A DNA stretch of 58,511 nucleotides from Chloroflexota bacterium (GCA_009840945.1 VXMU01000129.1:1-58511), one strand, 5' to 3'. Shown: positions 1 to 11,975, counted from the first letter of the stretch. Program-made: numbers and translations. Notes: generated by a model from the letters alone, not told the origin.

Positions 1-1992
<1,992 letters not shown>

Positions 1993-1996
<4 letters not shown>

Positions 1997-2841
1997 CCCC
2001 CGCCCGCGGCGGCACGACGAAGCGCTCGCGCACCGCGGGCCGCTCCCGCCGCAACGGTGACGACACCCCCCGCACCGCCGCCGACCTCCACGGCGGCATC
2101 GACGACTTCGACGACGAACAACCCCAGCTCCCTCCGTTCGACGCCGAGGATGGCGTCGCGGCGTTCCTCGACGCGCTGCGTGCGGGCGAGCCGTGGTACC
2201 CGGCGCTGCTCGCCGTGGTCGCGCGCTGGGTGACGCCGGAGGAGACCGTCGACGACGCGCGGTACCGCTACCTGCTGGGCGGCGAGGCGTTCGACTGGCG
2301 CCGCCTCGCCGAGCGCCTCCTCGACGCAGCGGGCGACCTCGTGCCCGCCGACGAGGCCGAGCGGCTGCTGTTCGAGGGCAAGCTCCCCACGGGCGAGGAC
2401 CCCTCGGAGGAGGCGTTCGCGCGCGCCATCGGGCGCGAGAAGTACCGCGCGCACCTCAACTTCCAGTACGGGGTGACGGTCGAGGAGACGCTGCTGCTGC
2501 AGGCCGAGCAGGACCTGCACAAGGCGCGCCACCTGGAGGGCCCGCGCGGCGAGCCGGTCGACGTGGCGGCGTACGAACGGGTCTACGGCAGGACCTTCGC
2601 CGAGCTCTCGGCGGAGTACCGCATCGAGACCGGCGCGAGCCTGGGGTCGAACGTGAGCCAGGCGGAGCTGGCGGCGTTCACGTACTGGTGCTCGAAGTAC
2701 CGCTTCCGGTTGGCGGAGCCGGCGCGCGTCGCGTCCGACACTCGCAAGGCGCTGGCCCTGCTCTCACGCCTCGAGGCCGCCCGCGCGCCGCGCGAGCTCC
2801 GCATCCCCACGCCCCAGCCCGCCGAGATCATCGAGCTGTAG
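1993..2841 (+). CDS. Conserved hypothetical protein (type I associate with Dehalococcoidia)
   Basis: GTG start overlaps the secA stop (GTGA); host-like codon usage; WYPALL...[19 protein letters not shown]...ASDTRKAL; function unknown. Confidence 0.8.
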
Positions 2842-2999
2842 CCGTAGCCCCCGTCCAGGGCGGGATCGGCTCGCCCACTTCGAGCGCCTCACTGCGCCCA
2901 TGCGGCGACGCGGGCCCGGCCCGTGGATGCGAGCGCCGGCGGCGGCTGATAGACCCGGCGATCGGCCCCACCGCTCGGCGGGTCGGGGTGGCGCAGCGG

Positions 3000-3428
3000 C
3001 TAGTCGTCGCCCTCTTCGTCGTCGGACATCTGGTTGAGCTCGACGAAGACGTTGCCGTTGCTGAGCGGGTGCACCCACGCGCTGTTCGGCGACTCCTCCT
3101 CCAGCGTGACCGTCGCGCCCGCGTCCTGCGCGCGCTGCACGGCCTCGCCGATGTCCTCGACCTCCATGCCCACCAGGTAGAGGCCCTCGCCGTCCGGGTA
3201 GACCTCGCCCGAGCGCATGTCCATGAAGCGCTTGAGCGCCGACTCACTCTCGCCGGGCGAGACCAGCTCGAGCATATGGCCCTCGTCGGTGCCCATCATC
3301 ACGCCGCGGAAGCCCCACCGCTGCTCGAAGATCTCGCCGGTCTGCTTGAGCCCGAACATCGCCTCGTAACGCTTGATGCCCGCCTCGAGGTCGCGCACGG
3401 CCACGGAGAAGTACTGGAATTTCGGCAC
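3000..3428 (-). CDS. VOC/glyoxalase family protein (methylmalonyl-CoA epimerase-like)
   Basis: AGGAGG RBS then GTG; SVAVRDLEAGIKRYEAMFGL, LELVSP, GEGLYLVGMEVEDI, WVHPLSNGNVFVEL. Confidence 0.85.
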   Translation of the reverse strand: MPKFQYFSVAVRDLEAGIKRYEAMFGLKQTGEIFEQRWGFRGVMMGTDEGHMLELVSPGESESALKRFMDMRSGEVYPDGEGLYLVGMEVEDIGEAVQRAQDAGATVTLEEESPNSAWVHPLSNGNVFVELNQMSDDEEGDD

Positions 3429-3560
3429 GGTCCACCTCCTTGATTCCGGTCTGCCGGTCGCGAGCATACCGCCACCGCGAACCGCGCGTCGCGAGGCCGC
3501 GCCGATGCGGTACGCTGCCAGCCACATCGAGCGGCCGCGAGGCCCACGAGGGAGCCGCAC

Positions 3561-4202
3561 ATGCCGCAACGCCGCGTGACCATCGAGAGCGACGGCGCCA
3601 GCCTCGAGGGCGTGGTGACCACTCCCGACGGTGCGGGCCCGTTCCCCGCGGTCGTGATCTGCCACCCGCACCCGCAGTACGGCGGCTCGATGCACAACAA
3701 CGTGGTGGCGGCCGTCGCCTCCAGCGTGGTCGCGCGCGGCATCGCCGCGGTGATGTTCAACTTCCGCGGCGTCGGCGGCTCCGACGGCGTGCCCGGCGAC
3801 CAGGGCGAGGCCCGCACCGACGCCACGACGGTGCTCGCCTACGCCGCCGCCCTCGACGACGTCGACGGCGACCGCGTGGGCCTCGCCGGCTACTCGTTCG
3901 GCGCGGGGACGGCGGTGGGTGTGGCGGGCGAGGGGCTGCCGGCGCTGGCGCTGGTCTCGCTGCCGCTGATGATGGCCGAGGGCGCCCACGACACCCTCGC
4001 CGCCTACAGCGGGCCGCTCCTGCTCATCTCGGGCAGCGAGGACGAGGGCAGCAACGAGGCCGGGCTGCAGGCCCTGGCCGAGTCGTGCGCGGGCGAGGCG
4101 ACCGTGCGCGTGGTCGCCGGGGCCGACCACTTCTGGTGGGGCGACGAGTACGCGATCGAGCAGGCGGTGGGGCCGTTCTTCGCCTCAGCCCTCGCGGGCT
4201 GA
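3561..4202 (+). CDS. Alpha/beta fold hydrolase
   Basis: CHPHPQYGGSMHNNVV, FNFRGVGGSDG, GYSFG nucleophile elbow, GADHF. Confidence 0.92.
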   Translation: MPQRRVTIESDGASLEGVVTTPDGAGPFPAVVICHPHPQYGGSMHNNVVAAVASSVVARGIAAVMFNFRGVGGSDGVPGDQGEARTDATTVLAYAAALDDVDGDRVGLAGYSFGAGTAVGVAGEGLPALALVSLPLMMAEGAHDTLAAYSGPLLLISGSEDEGSNEAGLQALAESCAGEATVRVVAGADHFWWGDEYAIEQAVGPFFASALAG

Positions 4203-4289
4203 GAGCAGGGGCCGTTCTTCGCGGGCGCCCTCGGCGCATAGCACGGACGCCGGAGAGAGACGGAACGCCGGAGACTCGAGGAGGTCACG

Positions 4290-5369
4290 ATGAAGGTGCT
4301 GGTGATGGGCGGGACGCGGTTCAACGGGCTCGCCCTGGTGCACGAGCTGGTGCGCCACGGCCACGACGTCACGATCTTCAACCGCGGCCAGACCGAGGCG
4401 CAGCTGCCGCGCGGCGTGCGCCGCCTCTACGGCGACCGCACCGACCACGACGGCATGCGCGAGGTCTTCGCCGACGAGGAGTTCGACGCCATCCAGGACA
4501 TCTCCGGCTACACCCCGGAGGACGTCGAGATCATGGTCGACATCTTCCGCGGCCGGACCGGCCACTACATCTTCGCCAGCTCGACGGTGATCTACGCCGC
4601 CACGAAGGTGCTGCCGATCCGCGAGAGCTCGCCGGTGGACGGCACCGACCGCCAGTCCCAGTACGGCCTCGACAAGCTGGCCTGCGAGGCGATCCTGCTG
4701 CGCGAGCACCGCCAGCACGGCTTCCCGGCCACCATCGTGCCGTTCTCGATGGTCTTCGGGCCGCACAACATCATCCCGGTGCGCGAGCAGCGGATGTTCA
4801 GCCGCCTGCTGCAGGGCCGCCCCGTGATGATCCCCGGCGACGGCACCACGCTCAGCCAGATCGGCCACGTCGACGACGAGGCGAGCGCGCTGCGCATGCT
4901 GATGATGCAGCCGCAGACCTACGGCAAGCGCTACAACCTGACCGGCCGCGACTACTGGAGCGACGAGGGCTACGTCGACACCTTCGCCGACATCCTCGGC
5001 GTCGAGGCGGACAAGGTGTTCATCCCGGCGGAGACGATGGACGCCGTCTACGACGGCCAGATCCCGCTCGACGACGACCCGGAGGAGCCGGGCAACTTCG
5101 GCGCGGTGACCGCGCCCGCGAGCCAGCGCAACCTCCCGTACCTGCAACAGATGATCCAGCGCCTGGCGCCGTACATCCATCGCTGGAACGAGAGCACGGT
5201 CTTCTCGATCGAGCGCCTGCGCCGCGACATCGGCTGGGAGCCCGCCTACACGTTCCGCACCGCCGTCGAACAGACCTACGAGTGGTACCGCGCCGAGGGC
5301 CTCCACGAGTCCCTCGAGTTCGACTGGTCCTGGGAAGACCGTCTACTGGCGCGCTTGCGCGCCTCTTAG
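4290..5369 (+). CDS. NAD-dependent epimerase/dehydratase family protein
   Basis: GAGGAGG RBS; MKVLVMGGTRFNG Rossmann motif, FNRG, YGLDK (YxxxK). Confidence 0.92.
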   Translation: MKVLVMGGTRFNGLALVHELVRHGHDVTIFNRGQTEAQLPRGVRRLYGDRTDHDGMREVFADEEFDAIQDISGYTPEDVEIMVDIFRGRTGHYIFASSTVIYAATKVLPIRESSPVDGTDRQSQYGLDKLACEAILLREHRQHGFPATIVPFSMVFGPHNIIPVREQRMFSRLLQGRPVMIPGDGTTLSQIGHVDDEASALRMLMMQPQTYGKRYNLTGRDYWSDEGYVDTFADILGVEADKVFIPAETMDAVYDGQIPLDDDPEEPGNFGAVTAPASQRNLPYLQQMIQRLAPYIHRWNESTVFSIERLRRDIGWEPAYTFRTAVEQTYEWYRAEGLHESLEFDWSWEDRLLARLRAS

Positions 5370-5500
5370 CAGGAGCAGGGCAGGCCTTGCCGGAGCGGGC
5401 GAGGCTTGTGATCCGGGCCGCAGCGGCGTCGGCGGATCGTCCGGGCCTGCGTGTCGAGAGCGTCCGGAGCTTCGCGGCGCCGAAGAGGTCCCTTTCTGAT

Positions 5501-5686
5501 CCCCTCGCCCCCGCCCGCAGGGTATCCCCGCGTTGAGGAGAGTTGAGGTCTGCCTCGGCTCTCCGACAGGCCAGACTGCGGGGGAGAGGGTGAGGGTGGG
5601 GGGATCCGATCTTCCGGGTGCCAATGGCCATCAGGAGGCCTGCCGGACCCTCACCCCAACCCTCTCCCGCGGTGCGGGAGAGGGGG
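5501..5686. repeat. Inverted pair of REP-like palindromes (CCCTCACCCC..CCCTCTCCC-loop-GGGAGAGGG)
   Basis: Copies at ~5501-5603 (reverse orientation, enlarged loop) and 5648-5686; the same motif recurs at other intergenic sites in the window. Confidence 0.8.
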
Positions 5687-5818
5687 TCAGACTGCTCACC
5701 GCGGGCGCGACGCAGGTCCGTTATAACGGTCGATCACCGACGCTCTGACGTCACATGACTGTCGCCAAACACTGCTAGCAAGCCCACCAAGCTCCTGCAA
5801 AGAGGCGGCAGTGCCGCC

Positions 5819-5915
5819 TGGCGGGAGTGCGTGGGGGTCGAACCCACCCGGGACTGCGACGCAGCCCCACAACGGTTTTGAAGACCGCGGGCGCCACCGG
5901 ACACCATCCACTCCC
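5819..5915 (-). tRNA. selC: tRNA-Sec (anticodon UCA)
   Basis: Cloverleaf with 6-bp D stem (GGTGTC/GGCGCC, loop CGGT), anticodon loop CTTCAAA, long variable arm, GTGGG-TTCGACC-CCCAC T arm, G discriminator and encoded CCA; TAGAAT -10 at 5922-5927. Confidence 0.96.
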
Positions 5916-6072
5916 GCGTAGATTCTACGGCCCTCGCCCTTGCGGGCGCCTCGAGGCACATCGGTCACCCGATCCGGTCCGATCAGGCCGCCACTAGCGA
6001 CCCCAAGATCGAGGGATCAACGGCAAGCAGTCGGAGCCGGATCACGGTCCCCACACCGCAAACGAGCCTCAG

Positions 6073-7119
6073 CTACTCGTGCGAGGAAAGAGGACACTGC
6101 CCGCAGCCGCCGCGGGAGCACCAGAGGTCCTGGAGGTGGAGCAGGCCCTGCGCGTGCTGGGCGCCCGAGCCCCGCGGGGGCGGGCCGAGGAGCGACGCGA
6201 GGGCGCGGGTGCGGCCGTACGGGCGGGGCGCGGGCCAGCGCTCCGCCAGGTCCGCGGTGGCGCGGGCGAGCGGGGCGTCGTCGTAGGCGGCGGCCGCGGC
6301 AGCCAGCAGGGGCAGGGCGGCATTCCAGCCCACCTCGGCGGCGCGGCCCGGCCCGACGGCGCCCTCGGAGTGGAACGCGCCGATCAGGACGCGGGGACGT
6401 GCGCCGCCGTCCAGTGCGAGCACGCGCAGGGCGCGCAGCACGTCCGGGGCGAGGGGCGCGGTGAGGCGCGCGGCGAGCGCGGCACGCTGAGCCAGCGTCT
6501 CGCGGCGGCGGCCGGCGCTGCCGAGCAGCGCGCCGTCCAGCAGCGCGTCCCACGCGCGGTCCCAACCGTGCGCGGCGGCCAGGTCCGCGGCGCGCCACGT
6601 GCGCTCCGCCAGCCGCCGGCGGCCCTCGGCGCGCACGAGCTCCGAGGTGGCCGCGGGCCCGCGCGCGAGCGCCGCGGCGGCGCAGGGCTCGGCTCCCGAG
6701 GGGCCGCGGCGGACCAGGCGTCGGAGCCGCGACGGGTCGTGGCCGAGCGCGGGGCCGACCTCGACGGTCGGCGCGCTGCCCCCACCCGGGAGGGGCTGAG
6801 GCGTGCCCCGCTCTGGCCGGTCGTCCCGCCAGACGAGGTGCAGCACCACGTCCGCGTAGGCCGGGTCATCGAGGTGGCCGTGGTGGACGAAGTCACTGGC
6901 GGCGAGGTGGACCTCGACGTCCCCGCAGAGCACGACGCCGGCGGGGCCGCCGAACGCCGCCTCGCGCACGTCGGGGCCGGGCCCGCGCCCGGCGCGCCCC
7001 GGGCGCAGCAGCGGCCACGGCAGCACGCCCTCCGGCACGCGCCCCAGCAGCCAGAGCGCGACCAGCTCCCGCTCCCGGAGCGGCGGAGCGTCCGCGGGCG
7101 TCCGGGCAGTGGCGACCAC
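6073..7119 (-). CDS. DUF2851 family protein
   Basis: GPGPDVREA...GDVEVHLAASDFVHHGHLDDPAYADVVLHLVW and C-terminal QGLLHLQDLWCSRGGCGQCPL; start codon estimated. Confidence 0.85.
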   Translation of the reverse strand: MVATARTPADAPPLRERELVALWLLGRVPEGVLPWPLLRPGRAGRGPGPDVREAAFGGPAGVVLCGDVEVHLAASDFVHHGHLDDPAYADVVLHLVWRDDRPERGTPQPLPGGGSAPTVEVGPALGHDPSRLRRLVRRGPSGAEPCAAAALARGPAATSELVRAEGRRRLAERTWRAADLAAAHGWDRAWDALLDGALLGSAGRRRETLAQRAALAARLTAPLAPDVLRALRVLALDGGARPRVLIGAFHSEGAVGPGRAAEVGWNAALPLLAAAAAAYDDAPLARATADLAERWPAPRPYGRTRALASLLGPPPRGSGAQHAQGLLHLQDLWCSRGGCGQCPLSSHE

Positions 7120-7123
7120 GCCG

Positions 7124-7405
7124 CTACCCGCCCTCGTCCGTGCTGGGGGCGCCGATGTCGCTCGCGTCGTAGTAGCCGGCCTGCTCGGCCACGAGGTGGA
7201 GCAGGCGCTGGGCCATGCGCCGCGGTTGACGCGCGCCGGTCTCCCACTCGGAGACCGTCTGCTGGTTGGTGCCGAGGCGGTCCGCGAAGGCGGTCTGCGT
7301 CTCGCCCAGGTGGCGGCGCAGCCGGCGCACGCGCCGCCCGCTGGCCCACTCCGCCTCGTGGGCATCCTCGCCGCCCGCGTGGTACCGTCCCGCCTCTTCC
7401 GCCAT
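7124..7405 (-). CDS. XRE-family helix-turn-helix regulator
   Basis: VRRLRRHLGETQTAFADRLGTNQQTVSEWETG; TACGCT -10 lies 7 nt before the ATG. Confidence 0.88.
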   Translation of the reverse strand: MAEEAGRYHAGGEDAHEAEWASGRRVRRLRRHLGETQTAFADRLGTNQQTVSEWETGARQPRRMAQRLLHLVAEQAGYYDASDIGAPSTDEGG

Positions 7406-7465
7406 GCGCTCCAGCGTACACGAATTCATGTACGCTTCACACCGCCCCCTCGGGCGGACCCGGCG

Positions 7466-7492
7466 CTAGCACTCTCCCATATAGAGTGCTAA
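7466..7492 (+). promoter_or_regulatory. CIRCE element (HrcA operator)
   Basis: CTAGCACTC-N9-GAGTGCTAA, one mismatch to the TTAGCACTC-N9-GAGTGCTAA consensus, upstream of groES. Confidence 0.95.
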
Positions 7493-7631
7493 GCTACCGT
7501 TCGCCGCAGCGGTCCGGGCGTCAGCGCGCGTCCCCGCCGGCAAGCGAAGCGAGCACTCCGGTCGCGCTCCCGCCGAGTGGCGGCTCGCACCGGACCAGGC
7601 AGGCAAGACAGGCATGGGGAGGTAACCGAAC

Positions 7632-7931
7632 TTGGCAACGTCAGTCATCCCGCTCACCGATCACATCGTGCTGCAGTCCATCGAGGAGGAAGAGTTGACG
7701 GCCTCCGGGCTCGTCATCCCCGAGTCCGCCAAGGAGAAGCCGCAGCACGGCAGCGTCGTCGCCGTCGGCCCCGGCAAGATGAACGACGCCGGCGTCGTCG
7801 AGACCATCGACCTCGGCTCGGGTGACCGGGTGCTCTACCAGAAGTACACGGGCCAGGAGATCAACGTCGAGAACGAGGACTACATCATCATCCGCTTCCA
7901 GGATGTCCTCGCGAAGCTCGTCGACGGCTAG
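7632..7931 (+). CDS. groES: Co-chaperonin GroES
   Basis: GGAGG RBS then TTG; PLTDHIV, TASGLVIPESAKEKPQHGSVVAVGPG, GDRVLYQKYTG. Confidence 0.97.
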   Translation: MATSVIPLTDHIVLQSIEEEELTASGLVIPESAKEKPQHGSVVAVGPGKMNDAGVVETIDLGSGDRVLYQKYTGQEINVENEDYIIIRFQDVLAKLVDG

Positions 7932-7943
7932 GAGCAGCCACGC

Positions 7944-9635
7944 ATGCCCAACACCAAGGAGCTGAAGTTCGACGAGGAGGCGCGACACGCCCTGAAGGAC
8001 GGTGTCGACATCCTCGCGAACGCCGTCGGGGTGACGCTGGGGCCGCGCGGCCGCAACGTCGTGCTCGACAAGAACTACGGCCCGGCCGTCATCACCAAGG
8101 ACGGCGTCACGGTCGCCAAGGAGATCGAGCTCAAGGACCGCTTCGAGAACATGGGCGCGCAGCTCGTGAAGCAGGTGGCGGTCCGCACCAACGAGATGGC
8201 CGGTGACGGGACCACCACCGCCACCGTCCTCGCGCAGGCGATCTTCACCGACGGCATGCGCGTCATCGCCGCCGGCGCCAACCCGATGGCGATCCGCCGC
8301 GGCCTCGAGTACGGCCAGCGCGTCGTCACCGGCGAGCTGCGCGGGCTCGCCTCGCCCGTCGAGGGCAAGGACACCGTCGCCGCCGTGGCCGGCATCGCCG
8401 GCAACGACCGCCGCATCGGCGACCTCATCGCCGACGTGATGGAGAAGGTCGGCAAGGACGGCGTCATCACCGTCGAGGACGGCAAGTCCATCGACGACGA
8501 GACCGAGTTCGTCGACGGCCTCCAGATCGAGCACGGCTTCATCTCGCCGCACTTCATCACCAACCAGGAGCGCCAGGAGTCCGTCATCGAGGATGCGTAC
8601 CTCCTCGTCACCGACTACAAGTTCACGGCAGTGACCGACATCCTGCCGATCGTCGAGAAGGCGCTGCAGGTCACCAAGAACCTCGTCGTGCTCTGCGAGA
8701 ACTTCGAGGGCGAGGCGCTGCAGACGATGATCGTCAACAACGTGCGCGGCACGCTCGCCTTCCTCGCCGTGCGCGCGCCCTCGTTCGGCGACCGCCGCAA
8801 GGCCTCCCTCGAGGACATTGCGGCGCTCACCGGCGGCACGTTCCTCACCGCCGACATGGGCCGCAGCATCCAGGACGCGCAGATCGCCGACCTCGGCCGC
8901 GCCTACCGCGTGGTCTCGGACAAGTCGCGCACCACGATCATCGACGGCTACGGCTCCGACGAGGCCGTGCAGGCGCGCATCCGCCAGATCCGCGCCCAGA
9001 TCGAGGACGCCTCCTCCGAGTACGACCGCGAGAAGCTCCAGGAGCGCCTCGCGAAGCTCGCCGGCGGCGTGGCCGTCATCAAGGTGGGCGGCGCGACCGA
9101 GACCGAGGTGCGCGAGAAGAAGTTCCGCGTGGAGGACGCCCTCTCCGCCACCCGCTCCGCCGTCGAGGAGGGCGTGGTGCCGGGCGGCGGCGTCGCCTAC
9201 ATCCGCGTCCAGGAGGCGCTCGCCCGCGCCGCCGACGGGATGGAGGACCCCGAGGAAGAGGTGGGTGTCCGCATCCTCCAGCGGGCGCTGGAGTCCCCGC
9301 TGCGCAAGCTCGTCACCAACGCCGGGCTCGAGGGCTCGGTCGTCGTGGACGACGTGCGCAGCGCGGAGACGAACACCGGCTACGACGTCGCCCGCGGCGA
9401 GCTCGGCGACATGTACGACCTCGGCATCCTCGACCCGGTGAAGGTGTCGCGCGCCGCGCTGGAGAACGCCGTCTCCGTCGCCGCGCTGATGCTCACGACC
9501 GAGAGCCTGGTGGGCGAGGCGCCCGAGCCGCTCCGCCAGGGCCCGGAGGTCACCGCCGGCCTCGCCGACCCGGCCGCCATGGCCGGCGGCATGCCGGGCG
9601 GGATGCCCGGCGGCATGGGGATCCCCGGCATGTAG
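7944..9635 (+). CDS. groEL: Chaperonin GroEL
   Basis: [54 protein letters not shown]-repeat tail. Confidence 0.99.
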   Translation: MPNTKELKFDEEARHALKDGVDILANAVGVTLGPRGRNVVLDKNYGPAVITKDGVTVAKEIELKDRFENMGAQLVKQVAVRTNEMAGDGTTTATVLAQAIFTDGMRVIAAGANPMAIRRGLEYGQRVVTGELRGLASPVEGKDTVAAVAGIAGNDRRIGDLIADVMEKVGKDGVITVEDGKSIDDETEFVDGLQIEHGFISPHFITNQERQESVIEDAYLLVTDYKFTAVTDILPIVEKALQVTKNLVVLCENFEGEALQTMIVNNVRGTLAFLAVRAPSFGDRRKASLEDIAALTGGTFLTADMGRSIQDAQIADLGRAYRVVSDKSRTTIIDGYGSDEAVQARIRQIRAQIEDASSEYDREKLQERLAKLAGGVAVIKVGGATETEVREKKFRVEDALSATRSAVEEGVVPGGGVAYIRVQEALARAADGMEDPEEEVGVRILQRALESPLRKLVTNAGLEGSVVVDDVRSAETNTGYDVARGELGDMYDLGILDPVKVSRAALENAVSVAALMLTTESLVGEAPEPLRQGPEVTAGLADPAAMAGGMPGGMPGGMGIPGM

Positions 9636-9660
9636 CCCTCTCGTCCCGACGAGAACACGC

Positions 9661-9696
9661 GACGGGCCGTCCTCACCGGGCGGCCCGTCTGCTTGT
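9661..9696 (+). terminator. Probable intrinsic terminator after groEL
   Basis: Hairpin GACGGGCCGTCC-TCACC-GGGCGGCCCGTC followed by a weak T-containing tail. Confidence 0.6.
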
Positions 9697-9738
9697 GGGG
9701 GAGCAGCCCCGGCGAAGGGACACGCGGCGACCTCCGGT

Positions 9739-9916
9739 CCCCTCTCCCCCCGGCGGGGCGAGAGGGTGAGGGTGAGGGGGCCTGCGGGGTGCGACCAGCC
9801 CTCGAGGCGCCAGCCGGACTCTGATCCCGCGGGGGTCTGCGTGCACCGGGTACGTGTGGCGTATCGAGCAGCTCAGCCGGACCCTCACCCCCGCCCTCTC
9901 CCAGGGGGAGAGGGGG
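9739..9916. repeat. Inverted pair of REP-like palindromes
   Basis: Copies at 9739-9780 (reverse) and 9882-9916 (forward). Confidence 0.8.
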
Positions 9917-10073
9917 TCAGAGCGCCCCTTCGGGGCGGCAGAAGGAGCGGAGCGGGAGAGGGGGCCGCAGCGCCTCTTCGGGGCGGCGGACACCTCGCCC
10001 TGGCAGGGCCCCACGGGGGTGCGTGATACCCTGTCGCCATCAGCAGAGGTCACAACGGGCGGGAGCCAGACAC

Positions 10074-10517
10074 GTGGTCGAACAGCCCAGCGACGCCGAC
10101 CGGGCGGAGGCTTCCGAGAAGTCGATGGCCCGGATGTGGAAGTTCGTCGAGAACTTCGCCGAGAAGAGCGGCTCGTACCTGCACCCCCAGCGCGAGATCA
10201 CCGAGTTCCTCGTGATCGGCCTCGCCAAGCACGTCGACGACCTCGGCAGGCCGCTCTGTCCCTGCAACTTCTACGAGGACAAGCAGGAGGAGGTGAAGCG
10301 CTCGACGTGGATCTGCGCCTGCGAGGAGATGCAGAAGTATAAGTACTGCCACTGACTGCTCTTCTGTAATGAGGAAGGTCTTCCCATCACCGAGTACCTC
10401 CCAGAAGACCACGAAGGCCGCGAGATCTACGGCCTCGTGAAGGATCCGCACCCCGACAAGGGGCGCGCCCTCGCCCGCCTCGAGAAGAAGCAGGGCCGCA
10501 TCATCCGCAAGGACTGA
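10074..10517 (+). CDS. ftrC: Ferredoxin:thioredoxin reductase catalytic subunit, predicted selenoprotein (UGA at 10353-10355)
   Basis: LCPCNF, ICACEE and YCH-TGA-LLF match the FTR CPC/CPC/CHC motifs; the frame continues 53 sense codons after the TGA; SECIS-like hairpin follows; tRNA-Sec is in the window. Confidence 0.88.
10366..10390 (+). promoter_or_regulatory. Bacterial SECIS-like hairpin
   Basis: GTAATG-A-GGAAG-GT-CTTCC-CATCAC begins 10 nt after the UGA; the apical AGGTCT resembles the E. coli fdhF SECIS; local codons (TGT, AAT, GAA, GGT, CTT) break the host GC3 bias. Confidence 0.8.
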
Positions 10518-10550
10518 CCCGCCGCCCCGCGGGCCGCCGAGGCAGGCTCG

Positions 10551-11114
10551 ATGGAAATCGGGGAGACCCTCTACGTCACCGGCCGCGACGAGTGGCGCCG
10601 TTGGCTGGAGGCGCACTTCGAGACCGCGCGCGACATCTGGCTGGTCTACCCGAACAAGGCCTCGGGCGAACCGCGCATCCCCTACAACGACGCGGTCGAG
10701 GAGGCGCTCTGCTTCGGCTGGATCGACAGCATCGTCAAGAAGCTGGACGAGTTGCGGGCCGCGCAGCGGTTCTCACCACGGCGGCGTGGCAGCGGCTACT
10801 CGCAGCTCAACAAGGAGCGGCTGCGCTGGCTCACCGGTGAGGGGCTGCTGCACCCCTCCGTCCGCGCGTCGGCCGAGGAGGCGCTGCGCGAGGAGTTCGT
10901 CTTCCCCGACGACATCCTCGACGCGATCCGCGCGAACGACGCGGCCTGGGCGCACTACGAGCGCTTCTCCCCCGCGTACCGCCGCATCCGCGTGGCCTAC
11001 ATCGACGTCGGCAGGGCGCGCCCGGAGGTGTTCGAGAGCCGCCTGCGGAGCTTCATCAAGGCCACGGAACAGGGGCGGCAGCTGGGCTACGGCGGCACCG
11101 AGAAGTACTTCTGA
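10551..11114 (+). CDS. YdeI/OmpD-associated family protein
   Basis: RDEWRRWLE, YNDAVEEALCFGWIDS, QRFSPRR, SQLNKER. Confidence 0.92.
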   Translation: MEIGETLYVTGRDEWRRWLEAHFETARDIWLVYPNKASGEPRIPYNDAVEEALCFGWIDSIVKKLDELRAAQRFSPRRRGSGYSQLNKERLRWLTGEGLLHPSVRASAEEALREEFVFPDDILDAIRANDAAWAHYERFSPAYRRIRVAYIDVGRARPEVFESRLRSFIKATEQGRQLGYGGTEKYF

Positions 11115-11163
11115 GGCGCGGGCTGCCGGCCCGCCGCGGGCCGGGCGCACCCGCGGACCGGAT

Positions 11164-11244
11164 CCCCTCACCCTAGCCCTCTCCCCAGGGAGAGGGGATC
11201 AGAATCCGGCCCCCTCTCCCCCTGGGAGAGGGTGGGGGTGAGGG
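11164..11244. repeat. Inverted pair of REP-like palindromes at the left flank of the island
   Basis: Copies at 11164-11197 and 11210-11244. Confidence 0.82.
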
Positions 11245-11290
11245 TCCGGCTGGCGCTCGAACGGCTGCTCGCCCCGGCAGATCGGACCCC

Positions 11291-11350
11291 GATGTGCGCC
11301 ACAAATCCGATCACCGAACCGGTGAGACCCGGAGTCAGAATTGGATCTCT
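11291..11350 (+). repeat. Left terminal inverted repeat
   Basis: GATGTGCGCCACAAATCCGATCAC-N16-GGAGTCAGAATTGGATCTCT. Confidence 0.8.
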
Positions 11351-11600
11351 GACGTCGGCAAGCTGCGGTCTGGACCGGATCCTGTTGCCTCGTAGCGCCG
11401 AGAGGGTGCTCGGAGTCGCCAGGAGCGATACTCATAGCCGCTGCGTCCGCCCCCTGAGCATGCAGCGTCGTTAAACGGGCATGTTCGTGATGGGCCACGT
11501 CACCTCGGTTGTAGCTGCGAGTTTCTGGGTGCGTCGGCGCCAAGGGAGGGTTCGGCGGGCATCCGCTCTGGTTACGGAGCGACGAGGGTGCTCGCGTCGG

Positions 11601-11975
11601 CTAAGGGATAGCCTCGATAACGACCCTGCCTGCTTCTTTCGCAACGTCCACGTGAACAGCGTGCTCGGCGAGCATCGACATGCCGACCGCCGGCGTGCCT
11701 GATGTGATCTGAGCGACCACTTCTCGCGCCCGACCGTCCCACATCACTGTTGCTGTGCAGGTCTCGCGCGTCACCTCTGCACCATCCTGAAGGGTTGCCT
11801 GAGCCGGGGCGCCGGAGATCAGGTCGAGTTTCGCCACGAGATCCGGCGGCAACGTGAGGAATCCGCCGAAGCCGGTCACGATCACCGCATCCACGTAGGC
11901 AGTACGCCCCGTCGGGCCGAGGAGCTGCAGCCTGATAATGGCCTGCAGGGCCGCGTTGACGGTGCCCTCAATCAT
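11601..11975 (-). CDS. Clan AA aspartic protease-like protein (catalytic Asp apparently replaced)
   Basis: MIEGTVNAALQAII..., DAVIVTGFGGFLTLP (family motif DTGF), WDGRAREV, PAVGMSML. Confidence 0.75.
   Translation of the reverse strand: MIEGTVNAALQAIIRLQLLGPTGRTAYVDAVIVTGFGGFLTLPPDLVAKLDLISGAPAQATLQDGAEVTRETCTATVMWDGRAREVVAQITSGTPAVGMSMLAEHAVHVDVAKEAGRVVIEAIP

Noticed and set aside
5819-5915. selC as the integration site of the island
   Set aside because: No duplicated tRNA 3' end was seen and there is no tyrosine or serine integrase; the island borders lie over 5 kb away and are defined by inverted repeats.
7551-7580. Second CIRCE (GAGCACTC...GAGTGGC) in the groES leader
   Set aside because: Half-site spacing is not 9 nt and the right arm is degenerate.
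10023-10355. 110-aa ORF ending at TGA as the complete gene
   Set aside because: It would end inside the CHC motif; the downstream frame, SECIS-like hairpin and tRNA-Sec favour Sec read-through.
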